Under the pieces are notes generated by a model. The model was not told the DNA's origin and did no database searches. It was given only the letters and a program-made list of their open reading frames with translations. The position numbers and the translations under genes were made by a program. Positions 1-12,552 of a DNA stretch of 64,000 nucleotides are shown here, in pieces (position 1 is the first letter of the stretch; every line of letters begins with the position of its first letter). The stretch is from Octopus sinensis (lineage: Eukaryota), in assembly GCF_006345805.1 (NCBI RefSeq), contig NC_043000.1, positions 10,974,001 to 11,038,000 of the forward strand, written 5' to 3'.

Positions 1-1043
1 TCTGTCACATGTATACATATTGTTGTATAATATACATTAGTATTGATTATGTTGTCATTGTGTATTGTCAGTTAACACACAACATCTAATAACTTTTACT
101 TGTTGAATCTGTGGAAATATAAAAGGGAATATGATTTAATCCTCTTCCCTATAAAACCACTATGAAGTGTAGATAATTATATTTAACATCTATTAGTATA
201 CAGATACATAAATGCAGTTTTAATTGCAGATCACATTTTCAGTTTAAGGTTTCTTTTTTTTTCTTTGTACTCAACAAAACAATGAACCCTAAAAATCTAA
301 TTAAATCAATAAAAGATAATTTTAATTAATTTTATAGAAATTTAATTTGATTCTATTTACTTAACCCTTTCGTTACTGTATTTATTTTGAGATGCTCTGT
401 GTTTCTCTCAATTACTTTAAATATAACAAAGAATTTAGTAAAATAACAGTCAATCTTTCCTTTTCTGGGGAAGGTAGCCATTTATGCATGATTTTGATGT
501 CACATTCATTGAAAGCATGGAAAATAACCAAGACAGGAGAAAAAACCCCATGAAACAAAACTCTGCTGCTGGGAAACTCAGACTTTCCTTTTGACATATA
601 AATAATTTAAAAAGGGAAAAAAAACAAAAAACTCCTCAACGACGTTTTTTGGCAAAAAATCGCCCAAACCTGTCCTGATCAAGTGGCCTATCTATCCAAG
701 AAGGTATGCTCTGACATGGAATAAATAAAAATTTATATAAGACATTCTATTGCAAAAATTGCCTGGCAACGACAGGTTATTCAGCTAGTAAAAAATGAAA
801 GTAAAAGAAAAAGCAGCTTGAAAAGTGATACTGAAGATTTTCTACTGTTAACATATATTTTTGTCAACATTTTGTGGCCATACTGGGGCACTGCCTTCAA
901 GAGATGTTCATTTCAGCAACAGTACTTATTTCACTTTGGTACATAGTGGTTCAACAAAAAGTGATTAATAAAATAAATCATGGGACATGAAGGCATACTG
1001 TATATACACCAATTTTTAGAGCTGTGTAAACATAAACATTAAA

Positions 1044-1196
<153 letters not shown>

Positions 1197-1712
1197 CTAT
1201 GGGCTTCTGTACACTTTCCAGTTACTAAATTCCACTCAGAGTAGAGGACGAAACAAGGCTAAATAAGAAATTTGCGCAAGGTGCAACTCCATAGGATCGA
1301 ACCCAAAACTGTGTGGTTACAAAGTAAAATTTTTAACTACATAGCTATACCTGCATCTAGATAATAAAATTCATATTCTTGTACAATGGTGGGGAGGAGC
1401 CATGTATTTCTCTATAGCAAGACAGCCCTGCTTGTCCTTTTATCATACTTATCACAACACCTGGCAATAAAGCTATCTCAAATGCACAACTGAAGTAGCT
1501 GCTTTTCTCTTCAAAGTCACTTGGTGACCTCATGCTCATGAGTGCCCATTGGATGAAAGAATATCAGTCAGTACATGTTATAAAGTGGTTGGCATCAGGA
1601 CGGCCATAGAAATCATCCCAAAGTTGACCCTGGAGTTTGACATAGTCTTGCAGCTCATTGGATCCTGTCTCAAAACATTGCAGCTCATGCCAGCATAGTA
1701 AAGAGACATTAA

Positions 1713-1932
1713 CCCTTTCATTACTGTATTTATTTTGAAATGCTCTCTGTTTCTTTCAGTTACTTTAAATATAACAAACAATTTAGTCAGATAATTTAGT
1801 TATCATTCAGCTAGTGTTAGGAACATAAATTATGACTAAGGTTTGGTGGAAGATTTTAATTCAAAACTTATGAAAACAAGACATTTGTACACAGAGCGAG
1901 GGCCAATTTCAGCTGGGTTGGTAACGAAAGGG
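1713..1932. mobile_element. piggyBac-type MITE (220 bp)
   Basis: TTAA|CCCTTTCATTAC...GTAACGAAAGGG|TTAA. A truncated copy lies at ~361-450 and an inverted copy at 47343-47563. Confidence 0.8.
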
Positions 1933-2256
1933 TTAATGATGATGATGATGGATATTAAAAATTTCAACAAAATAAACAAAAGTCCATGACTTCAATTCAG
2001 ATGATTTTATTCAGGTTCTCAACTAGAAATAGATCAGGTTAGCTGTGGTAAGCTGTAATTGATCATGATAAGATCTATCTCTGATATGGCTTGGGCTTTT
2101 CCACTGTAGGAAAATAATACTTAAAAAAGATGCATGATAAAGATAACTCACAAAGGGTGAATGTTACAAATTACTGATGAATAGTATCGTACATCATCAT
2201 CATCATCGTTTAATGTCTATTTTCCATACATTGTATGTGCAGGTTTATTAATGAAT

Positions 2257-2846
2257 TTCTCTCTTTCTTTGTCTCTATCTCTTTGTCTCTCTCTCTCTGT
2301 CTCTCCCTCTCTTTGTCTCTCTCTCTCTTTGTTTCTCCCTCTCTTTGTCTCTCTCTCTCTCTTTGTCTCTCTCTCTCTTTGTCTCTCTCTCTCTCTTTGT
2401 CTCTCTCTCTCTTTGTCTCTCTCTCTCTCTTTGTCTCTCTCTCTCTTTGTCTCTCTCTCTTTGTCTCTATCTTTGTCTCTCTCTCTCTCTCTTTGTCTCT
2501 CTCTTTGTCTCTCTCTCTCTCTCTTTGTTTCTCCCTCTCTTTGTCTCTCTTTCTCTTTCACTTTGTATATCTCTCTCTTTGTCTCTCTCTCTCTCTCTCT
2601 TTGTCTCTCTCTCTTTGTTTCTCTCTCTCTCTCTCTTTGTCTCTCTCTCTCTCTCTTTGTCTCTCTCTCTCTCTCTCCCTTTGTCTCTCTCTCTCTCTCT
2701 CTTTGTCTCTCTCTCTCTCTTTGTCTCTCTCTTTGTCTTTCTCTCTCTCTCTTTGTTTCTCCCTCTCTTTGTCTCTCTCACTTTGTCTCTCTCTTTTTCA
2801 CTTTGTATCTCTCTCTCTCTTTGTCACACACACACACACACACACA
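2257..2846. repeat. (CT)n/(CTTTGT) compound microsatellite
   Basis: Pyrimidine-rich repeat that generates the spurious SL/RE ORFs. Similar low-complexity tracts at 37175-37810 and 39855-40060. Confidence 0.97.
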
Positions 2847-2850
2847 TTTT

Positions 2851-2998
2851 AATTAATGAATGACAAGAGAACAAGAACTGCACAATCACCTTCATTAGCC
2901 TACAGCTGTGCACCCAGAGCTGAGCATCTTATTGAAGAAACAGCTGTAAATTAATGAAGGTGATTATATAACTCCTGTTCTCTTGTCATTCATTAATT
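2851..2998. mobile_element. Short palindromic (foldback) element
   Basis: aattaatgaatgacaagagaaca ... tgttctcttgtcattcattaatt (23-bp TIR), plus the inner pair aatcaccttcatta/taatgaaggtgatt. Confidence 0.65.
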
Positions 2999-3249
2999 GA
3001 TATTATGCTCTGTGGTCTCCTGATGCTTTAACCTAAAGCAGTGGTTCTCAACGATTTTTTGCCTATGGACCCACTAGCGTAACTAGAGTGTGTGCTGCCT
3101 CGGGCGGCCCTTCTGTTTGCCATCCCCAGACCCCGCAAAAAACACATATTACCTACAGCAGACCCAAAAGTGGTACCGCTTTAAAAGTGCCCCCCTTTGC
3201 CCCTCCACCATCTACACTAATGTATGGCTCCCTTTGATTCCTATTTCAT

Positions 3250-3570
3250 TCAGATGTCACATGCTGTGACACCTCCAGTGGCAGTTTGTTGTGTCCGACT
3301 ACCAGCCTGGGCTTTGCTGCTCGTCAGGCTGAGAAAAGCAAATTCAAAATATTGCTTGCTCTCTGACAGGTTCATGGTCAAGCCTGTGGCAGTGGTGACC
3401 TCTGGCATTCTCAGCACCCCCTCGACCATGACTCTGCTCACCACTATCGGGGTGGAGATGGGTGTCTGCAAGTGCAAGCAACCCTGTGAATCAGAGTAGC
3501 TGCACCAGCTCATCTTCCTCACCTTCCCCCAGGGCAATACCATTTCCATATTGTCTGCTGGGACTATAAA
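3250..3570 (+). pseudogene. CRE-type non-LTR retrotransposon C-terminal (RLE) relic
   Basis: Frames give DVTCCDT...GFAARQAEKSK and KY..LSDRFMVKPVAVVTSGILS...LLTTIG...QGNTISIL, resembling the CRE WD.TC.DT...AE..K..KY...P.A.ET.G..G...RGNA..I pattern. Confidence 0.6.
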
Positions 3571-3702
3571 ATCATATGATGCACTGAAACTGCATTGATC
3601 CTCAGTCAACAGCTGATGAAGGAGTATGGTAATTTCCTTTGTATTCAGACCTGTGTATTTGAGCTGTTTTTTGTCTGTGCTTCATTGAATTTTCTAATCT
3701 TT

Positions 3703-4403
3703 CACCATCACCATTTTAACATCCACTTTTCCATGCCTGCATGGATCGGATGAAATTCACTGTAGCAAATTTTCTTGTTACCAGCTGTCACTTGTTTCCA
3801 TGCAAAGTAATAATCTCTCAGTCTGTTGAACAACAAAAAAACCTGGACATTGTGTGGCAAATTGGAAACATGATCTTGTCTGAATGAGTCTTTTCTTTAC
3901 CTATGATTGCAAAGCATGGCAAGACATGTCAAAAAGCATCTACTGACAGCAAGACTTGTTTACCGTCAGTGAACATGTGACAATGAGGGAAGTAGGAACT
4001 TGCTCACTCACTCACACACATTCACACCCATACATATACACATCATCATCATCATCATGAACGTGTGTGTGAGTGAGTGAGTGAGCAAGTTCCTACTTCC
4101 CTCATTGTCACATGTTCACTGACGGTAAACAAGTCTTGCTGTCAGTAGATGCTTTTTGACATGTCTTGCCATGCTTTGCAATCATAGGTAAAGAAAAGAC
4201 TCATTCAGACAAGATCATGTTTCCAATTTGCCACACAATGTCCAGGTTTTTTTGTTGTTCAACAGACTGAGAGATTATTACTTTGCATGGAAACAAGTGA
4301 CAGCTGGCAACAAGAAGAGCAGCCAACCATTGGAAATTTGCTACCGTGAATTTCATCTGACCCATGCAGGCATGGAAAAGTGGATGTTAAAATGGTGACG
4401 ATG
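3703..4403. repeat. Long inverted repeat (~315-340-bp arms, ~40-bp spacer)
   Basis: 3781-~4011 is the exact reverse complement of ~4077-4307. Outer arms show a few mismatches and a 17-bp indel. Confidence 0.95.
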
Positions 4404-5121
4404 ATGATGACAATGACAGTGAAACATTAGAAAAATCTAATGAAGCACAGACAAAAAAAAGTACCTCATTATCATTATTGTTTTAATATCCACTTTTCCA
4501 TGCTTGCATGGGTTGAACAATTTGTTTAGGTAGATTTTTTTTTTTATGGCTTAATGCTCTTCCTGCCACAAAATCTCACCTGTTTCCAAGTAAGGTCATA
4601 TTTGCCCCATGGCCAAATATGCTTATTCATTTCTTTACTGCCCACAAGGGGCTATACACAGAGAGGACAAACAAGAACAGACAAAGGGATTAAGTCGATC
4701 ATATTGACCCCAGTGCATAACTGGTACTTATTTTAATCGACCCCGAAATGATGAAAGGCAAAGTCGACCTCGGCAGAATTTGGACTCAGAACGTAGTGGC
4801 AGATGAAATACCGCTAAGCATTTCGCCTGATGTGCTAACGATTCTGCTAGCTCGCCGCCTTAAGGCCAGATATGCTTATTGCAGAATGTTGGAAACATGA
4901 TGGTGACATCACTAGCACAACATTGACACTTGCTTACAACTATCACACAATGTCAAAACAAGGAGACAGCACACACACCCACACATATCCACACACACAC
5001 ACACCCACACATATCCACACACACACACACCCACACATATCCACACACACACACCCACACATATCCACACACACACACACATATATCCACACACCCACAC
5101 ATATCCACACACATATCCACA

Positions 5122-5168
<47 letters not shown>

Positions 5169-5479
5169 ACACACACACACACGCACACTTATGTGGCATT
5201 TTTTAGCTTCTGTTTACCACCAGGTATTGGTCAACCCATGCCTATAGTATAAAACACTTGCCAACGACATTCACGAGTAGGATTGAAACCCCAATCATAT
5301 GGTTCCGAAGTGAGTTTCTTAATTACACAGCTATGTCTGCATCTACACACACAGGCATGTGCATGCACACACACACACATACACAAACCCCCACACACTG
5401 TTTCTTTACAATGTGAAAAGAAGAGCATATATACTGACAGGCAGGTTTAGCACTGTTATGATGATAGAATTTCATGGGG

Positions 5480-5810
5480 AGGTGGACCAAATGTGCAAAT
5501 ATTATGTTTCTGGTTGCAGATTTCTGTTGGAAAAATTTTCGGTCCTCATTCTGGCCAGCCAACTGAGATTAAGAGTGAGAAAATGAAGAAGTTAGTTGGT
5601 ACCAACCCCAGTTATACAACCAGGATGATTGCAGGTATTCTTCAAATATCTGAATCAAGTGTTGAAAATCATCCAGCCTGAACTTAGTTGTGTCAGCAGG
5701 CTTGCTGTTTCAATCTCACATCAATTGAATGAGGCTAACCTCATTCAATGGTTTTTCATTTGTTATTTGTTGCAGAAATGAAGAAAACAATCTTCATTTG
5801 AAGAGTATCA
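5480..5810 (+). pseudogene. Mariner transposase HTH relic
   Basis: ORF 5493-5681 contains HSGQPTEIKSEKMKKLVGTNPSYTTRMIAGILQISESSVENH, matching the mariner RSGRP...NP..TTREIA..L.IS.S.V..HL pattern. Confidence 0.7.
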
Positions 5811-6794
5811 TCATCATCATCATTATCATCATCGTTTAACGTCCGTTTTCCGCACTAGCACGAGTTGGACGGTTCGACCGGGGTCTGGGAGCCAGGGGTT
5901 GCACCAGGCTCCAGTCTGATCTGGCAGAGTTTCTACAGCTGGATGCCCTTCCTAACGCCAACCACTCTGCGAGTGTAGTGGGTGCTTTTTACGTGCCACC
6001 TGCACAGGTGCCAAGGGGGTCCGGCATCGGCCACGATCGGAACAATGAATTAAAAAAAAACATCCAAACAAAATGATAAAAAGATAATCCAGCATAAACT
6101 TTCCTTAGACAAAACAGAGTCAATATTTGGCCAGCCAGAAATTTCAATTTCAATTTCTTATGAATTTCTTTCTTCTTTCAATTTCTTATGCCAGCGAGAA
6201 AGATGAACATTAAATGATGATGATTACCTTTCTGCCCATGTTTCTGATCCTCTGTTCTTATTTTCGCTTATATTCACCTTTATTGTACCTTGTGGATATA
6301 TCCTGACACCTCATAGCCACTATCTCTTTTCTCACTTTCCAGCTGGTGTAGCCATGTAGCTCTTCCACAGCAAAACACCTGTTCTTGTCCCTCTATTTTT
6401 TACCTCTTAATATCTGGCATAAATCCAAGGTGGTGAACTGGCAAAATTGTCAGCATGCCAAACAAAATGCTTAGCAGCATTTTGTCTTTTTGAGCTCAAA
6501 TTCCGCTGCATTTTGAGCTCAAATTCCGCTGCGGTCGACCTTATCTTTCATCTTTTTGGGATTGATAAAATAAATACCAATTGAGCACTGGGGTAAATGA
6601 CTTACCACCTCGCTTGAAATTGTTGACCTTGTGCCAAAATTTTTAATCAATATCTGGCATAAAGCCACTCCCCTTAATACTACACCCCCATTCAGTTGAG
6701 GAGTCTTGTTTTGCAAGTAGGTGTAGGAGTGGCTGTGTGGTAAGTAGCTTGCTTACGAACCACATTAGAGAAAAATAATCATTGCCTGAGTGTA

Positions 6795-7401
6795 TCATCA
6801 TCATCATCATCATCATCATCGTTTAGCGTCCGCTTTCCATGCTAGCATGGGTTGGACGGTGCAACTGGGGTCTGGGAAGCCCAGTCTGATCTGGCAATGT
6901 TTCTACGGCTGGATGCCCTTCCTAACGCCAACCACTCCATGAGTGTAGTGGGTGCTTTTTACGTGCCACCTGCACAGGTGCCAGACAAGTCTGGCAAACG
7001 GCCACGGTCGGATGGTGCTTTTTATGTGACACCGGCACGGAGGCCAGGCGAGGCTGGCAAACGGCCACGATTGGATGGTGCTTTTTATGTGCCACCAGCA
7101 CGAGGCCAGTTGGGGCGGCGCTGGCAACGGCCATGAATGGATGGTGGTGCCAGACGAGTCTGGCAAACGGCCATGGTCAGATGGTGCTTTTTACGTGCCA
7201 CCGGCACTGGTAACTCAGCTGCAATTTCCATTGATTAATTTCGATTCTGATTCTCACTTGCCTCAACAGGTCTTCACAAGTAGAGTTTTGTGTCCCAAGA
7301 AGGGAAGGTATGCATAAGTGGGCTGGCTACATCCCATGTAGAAGGCCACGGGTTATGGTCTCACTTGTCCTGCCGGGTCTCCTCACGCACAGCAAACTTC
7401 C

Positions 7402-7410
<9 letters not shown>
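6795..7410 (-). mobile_element. 5'-truncated RTE 3' end, family C, (GAT)n-tailed (representative copy)
   Basis: (cat)n cgtttagcgtccgctttccatgctagcatgggttggacgg...gatgcccttcctaacgccaaccactcc. Other copies, approx.: 5810-6040, 11490-11750, 12285-12520, 13352-13550, 17765-18170 (x2, +), 20340-20845(+), 34011-34581, 43935-44335, 46625-46830(+), 50215-50490, 52300-52525(+), 57520-57820. Confidence 0.85.
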
Positions 7411-7433
<23 letters not shown>

Positions 7434-7578
7434 TTAGAAATGCATAAAATGTTATTGGTATTTTTATGTTTAAAAAAGCGAAAAGTAATCAATTATACTC
7501 ACTTGAAAATGTACTCCAGTCACATCAATCAGTTTGATCCCAGATATTGGTGGATTATTGGATTGTCGGTATAAAAAT

Positions 7579-9636
7579 TGGATTGTCTACAACAATTTGA
7601 CAATATGGAAGATGGATTGTCTATAACAATTTGACAGTTTGAAAAATGGATTGTCTATAAAAATTTGACAGTATGAAAAATGGATTGTCTATAATAATTT
7701 GACAGTATGAAAAATGGATTGTCTATAACAATTTGACAGTATGAAAAATGGATTGTCTATAATAATTTGACAGTATGAAAAATGGATTGTCTATAATAAT
7801 TTGACAGTATGAAAAATGGATTGTCTATAACAATTTGACAGTATGAAAAATGGATTGTCTATAATAATTTGACAGTATGAAAAATGGATTGTCTATAACA
7901 ATTTGACAGTATGAAAAATGGATTGTCTATAACAATTTGACAGTATGAAAAATGGATTGTCTATAATAATTTGACAGTATGAAAAATGGATTGTCTATAA
8001 TAATTTGACAGTATGAAATATGGATTGTCTATAATAATTTGACAGTATGAAAAATGGATTGTCTATAATAATTTGACAGTATGAAAAATGGATTGTCTAT
8101 AATAATTTGACAGTATGAAAAATGGATTGTCTATAATAATTTGACAGTATGAAAAATGGATTGTCTATAATAATTTGACAGTATGAAAAATGGATTGTCT
8201 ATAACAATTTGACAGTATGAAAAATGGATTGTCTATAACAATTTGACAGTATGAAAAATGGATTGTCTATAACAATTTGACAGTATGAAAAATGGATTGT
8301 CTATAACAATTTGACAGTATGAAAAATGGATTGTCTATAACAATTTGACAGTATGAAAAATGGATTGCCTATAATAATTTGACAGTATGAAAAATGGATT
8401 GTCTATAATAATTTGACAGTATGAAAAATGGATTGTCTATAATAATTTGACAGTATGAAAAATGGATTGTCTATAACAATTTGACAGTATGAAAAATGGA
8501 TTGTCTATAATAATTTGACAGTATGAAAAATGGATAGTCTATAATAATTTGACAGTATGAAAAATGGATTGTCTATAATAATTTGACAGTATGAAAAATG
8601 GATTGTCTATAATAATTTGACAGTATGAAAAATGGATTTTCTATAATAATTTGACAGTATGAAAAATGGATTGTCTATAATAATTTGACAGTATGAAAAA
8701 TGGATTGTCTATAATAATTTGACAGTATGAAAAATGGATTGTCTATAATTGACAGTATGAAAAATGGATTGTCTATAACAATTTGACAGTATGAAAAATG
8801 GATTGTCTATAACAATTTGACAGTATGAAAAATGGATTGTCTATAACAATTTGACAGTATGAAAAATGGATTGTCTATAACAATTTGACAGTATGAAAAA
8901 TGGATTGTCTATAATAATTTGACAGTATGAAAATGGATTGTCTATAACAATTTGACAGTATGAAAAATGGATTGTCTATAACAATTTGACAGTATGAAAA
9001 ATGGATTGTCTATAACAATTTGACAGTATGAAAAATGGATTGTCTATAACAATTTGACAGTATGAAAAATGGATTGTCTATAACAATTTGACAGTATGAA
9101 AAATGGATTGTCTATAACAATTTGACAGTATGAAAAATGGATTGTCTATAACAATTTGACAGTATGAAAAATGGATTGTCTATAACAATTTGACAGTATG
9201 AAAAATGGATTGTCTATAACAATTTGACAGTATGAAAAATGGATTGTCTATAACAATTTGACAGTATGAAAAATGGATTGTCTATAACAATTTGACAGTA
9301 TGAAAAATGGATTGTCTATAACAATTTGACAGTATGAAAATGGATTGTCTATAACAATTTGACAGTATGAAAAATGGATTGTCTATAACAATTTGACAGT
9401 ATGAAAAATGGATTGTCTATAACAATTTGACAGTATGAAAAATGGATTGTCTATAACAATTTGACAGCATGAAAAATGGATTGTCTATAACAATTTGACA
9501 GCATGAAAAATGGATTGTCTATAACAATTTGACAGTATGAAAAATGGATTGTCTATAACAATTTGACAGCATGAAAAATGGATTGTCTATAACAATTTGA
9601 CAGTATCAAAAATGGATTGTCTATAACAATTTGATG
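7579..9636. repeat. 34-bp minisatellite, about 60 copies
   Basis: Unit atggattgtctataa(c/t)aatttgacagtatgaaaa; period confirmed (tggatt at 7579, 7613, 7681, 7715). No spacers. Confidence 0.97.
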
Positions 9637-9681
9637 GTATGTTCTGTCTCTTGTAATAACTTTTTTCTGTCTTTTTATCAG

Positions 9682-9896
9682 AGTCTCCTGTACGACATTC
9701 AAGTGTAGCACCATGCTGGTATCTAAAGCATTCTGCCAACAGACCTTCATCATCATCATCATCAGCAGCAAATGTACCAGCTGTCACTGTAGGAGAATTA
9801 TGCAACAACTGGACAATAAAGATGTCATTGTCGGGTATTCCTGAAGCAAAACAGTCAGCAGAATTGATCATAGCTAACGTTCTTCACTTGCCAACT
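9682..9896 (+). CDS. HEMK1: HEMK1 coding exon, first one identified (N-terminal, presequence-like region and first helices)
   Basis: Acceptor ttttctgtctttttatcag|AG and donor ACT|gtgagt. 215 nt = 2 + 71 codons: SPVRHSSVAPCWYLKHSANRPSSSSSSAANVPAVTVGELCNNWTIKMSLSGIPEAKQSAELIIANVLHLPT. GIPEAKQSAELIIANVL resembles the HemK1 N-terminal GIPEA..S.E.I.A.VL segment as I recall it. The frame is closed just upstream (TAA 9657-9659), so an earlier exon is needed. Confidence 0.88.
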
Positions 9897-9972
9897 GTGA
9901 GTATTCCATGATGAAGGCTTATGTATGTGTGTGTTTTTTTGTTTTTGTGTGCATACATGTGTGTGTGTGTGT

Positions 9973-10023
<51 letters not shown>

Positions 10024-10257
10024 GCATACATAGGGTTTTTATAAAATATAGTGATACACTAATATCTGATGAATTGTCAGAGGGAATGAATTCAAGTTTT
10101 AACACAGCTGCTTTGCTTTGGCTGAGAGGTTTGCACCAGACAGGTAATCAGTCTTTAGCTGGGTTATAATTGTGCACACACACACACAGACACACACACA
10201 CGCTTGCATGTATACACTTACCTCTATATGTGTATGTGTTTGAATAATATATCGTAT

Positions 10258-10690
10258 AGGTGCAGAGGTGGCTGTGTGGTAAGTAGCTTGCTTATAAACC
10301 ACATGGTTCCGGGTTCAGTCCCACTGCGTGGCACTTTGGCCAAGTGTCTTCTACTATAGCCTCGGGCCGACCAAAGCCTTGTGAGTGGATTTGGGAGATG
10401 GAAACTGAAAGAAGTCTGTCGTATATATGTATATATATATATGTGTGTGTGTGTAAGTGTGTGTGTGCGTGTGTATGTGTGTGTGTATGTTTGTGTGTTT
10501 GTGTTTGTCCCCTCAACATCGCTTGACAACCAATGCTGGTGTGTTTACGTCCCTATAACTTAGCAGTTCGGCAAAAGAGGCTGATAGAATAAGTACTAGG
10601 CTTACAAAGAATAAGTCCTGGGGTCGATTTGTTCGACTAAAGGCGGTGCTCCAGCATTGCCGCAGTCAAATGACTGAAACAAGTAAACTA
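10258..10690 (+). mobile_element. tRNA-derived SINE family A (octopus OR-type, representative copy)
   Basis: Head ggctgtgtggtaagtagcttgctt...gttccgggttcagtcccactgcgtggcac, internal (TA)/(TG)n, tail cagtcaaatgactgaaacaagtaa. Other copies, approx.: 13170-13795(+, interrupted), 14455-14760(-), 16222-16665(-), 18205-18755(-), 25635-26040(-), 35528-35950(-), 36395-36670(+), 38281-38760(-), 40340-40505(-), 42045-42425(+), 48450-48825(-), 50750-51150(-), 54380-54540(-). Confidence 0.85.
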
Positions 10691-12552
10691 GTAAACGAGT
10701 ATATATGTGTGTGTGTTTGCACAATGAATCGTATGTTTGCAAGAAAACCTAACTACATTTCTATGTCTCTTTCCCCACACCTCCCACTCCCCAGTCCTGT
10801 CCTCTTAGCCCTGTCTCACTGTATCATTGCTATCCAATAGCCCCCCCCCCCACCTGTGTGTTTCTCCCACATCTAACAAGAAAGCTTTTCACACACCCTA
10901 CCCCGGCTTCCTCACATTTCCTCCTTCATACTCTGACCTAAATCCTGTCCTCATGGCCCTCTTTCTCTGTATCATTCCTATTCAGTAGCCCCCCTCCACA
11001 CTCTATATACTCAGGTTTTCACCACTCACTGCAATCTCCTCCTCACTCTCTAATCATGCTTCTTTGGCAATGTCCTGCCACTCATATTATGACCTTTGAA
11101 GGCCACGAGCTGGCAGAAACGTTACCATGCCAGGCGAAATACTTAGCGGTATTTTGGCTGTCATTACGTTCTGAGTTCAAATTCTGCCGAGGTCAACTTT
11201 GCCTTTCATCCTTTTAGGGTCGATAAATTAAGTACCAGTTACACACTGAGTTCGATGTAACCGACTTAAGCTCTTTGTCTGTCCTTGTTTGTCCCCTCTA
11301 AGTTTAGCCCCTTGTGGGCAATAAAGAAATATATATTATGACCTTTGAAGCTCAAGGGTATGCCCTGCACTTGCCACCATCTATATCTATCTTTCTTTAC
11401 TAGACCATCCCATTTATATTCTGATCCCTGTCCCTTGTGAGCACACTCAGCACTTTGCTACCATCTCTATCTTGTTGTCTCCCAATCTTTCTCTCATTCT
11501 CCTGTGGTTTGACCGAGGGCTAGCAAGCCAGAAGGCTGCACCAGGCTCCAATCAAAGTTTCTACTGCTGGATGCCCTTCCAACCACTCCTAGAGTGTAGT
11601 GGGTGCTTTTTACGTGCCACTGGCATGAGGGCCTGTCAAGTGGTATTGGTATTGACCAAGCTCAAACGGTGTTTTTTATGTGCCACTGGCACTGAGCCAG
11701 TCAGGCATCACTGGCAACGATCACACTCAAATGGTGCTTTTTACATGCCACTCTATGTATGTGTGTATGTATGTATGTTTGTGTGTGTGTGCATGCGTGT
11801 GTGTGTGTGTGTGTATGGGAGTCTATGTGTGTCTTTACATCTAAACATGTATGTGTGTATGTATAAGTATGTATGTATGCATATATGTGTGTGTACATGC
11901 AAAGATATAAAGGTTAGAGGCAAATAAGTATATTAGCATGTGTATATGTGTATATATGCATATATGTTTGTGTGTGTGTGTGTGTATGTATATATATATA
12001 TGTACACCATACCACCTGTGACAACTAAAGAGGTGACCTCACCACAAAGGTCATCTTTTGACAAGAACATAACAATACTAACCATTCATAAATATTCGAT
12101 TTAGTTATGTTTGATTGACTTAAATTTTCCCCCACTGTTCTCAATTACTATTAATCATATTTCTTATTTTATGTTTTTTTAATAATTTCTTGTTTTCATT
12201 TACTTTTTTCCTCTTCTTCTTTACCTTCATCTTTCCTCTTGCTGTTGTTCTTCTTCATCACACATACTTTTGTGTTCTTTATACCATCATCATCATTTAA
12301 CGTCCATTTTCCATGCTAGCATGGGTTGGACGGTTTGACCGGGGTCTGGTAAGCCATGGAGGCTGCACCAGGCCCCAGTCTGACCTGGCAAGGTTTCTAC
12401 AGCTGGATGCCCTTCCTAGCGCCAACCACTCCGTGAGTGTAGTGGGTGATTTTTACAGGGGCCAGAGCAGGCTGGCAAACGACCATGATCGGTTGGTACC
12501 TTTACATGTCACCGACACGGACACTGCTATATATATATATATATATATATAT

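Noticed and set aside
2217-2863. Long SL/RE-rich, CV/HT-rich and poly-His/Ile/Met ORFs here and throughout the track (e.g. 37173-38060, 57300-57562)
   Set aside because: These are translations of CT, CA, TA and CAT microsatellites or low-complexity tracts, with no domain motifs or splice support.
7579-9636. CRISPR-like array (34-bp repeat, CRISPR-sized)
   Set aside because: Units are head to tail with no unique spacers, there are no cas genes, and the context is a eukaryotic intron. It is a minisatellite.
9637-9681. 45-nt mini-intron (ATG|gtatgt...cag) linking the minisatellite end to the exon
   Set aside because: Very short, and the resulting frames hit stops (TAA upstream or TAG downstream) instead of the HEMK1 frame.
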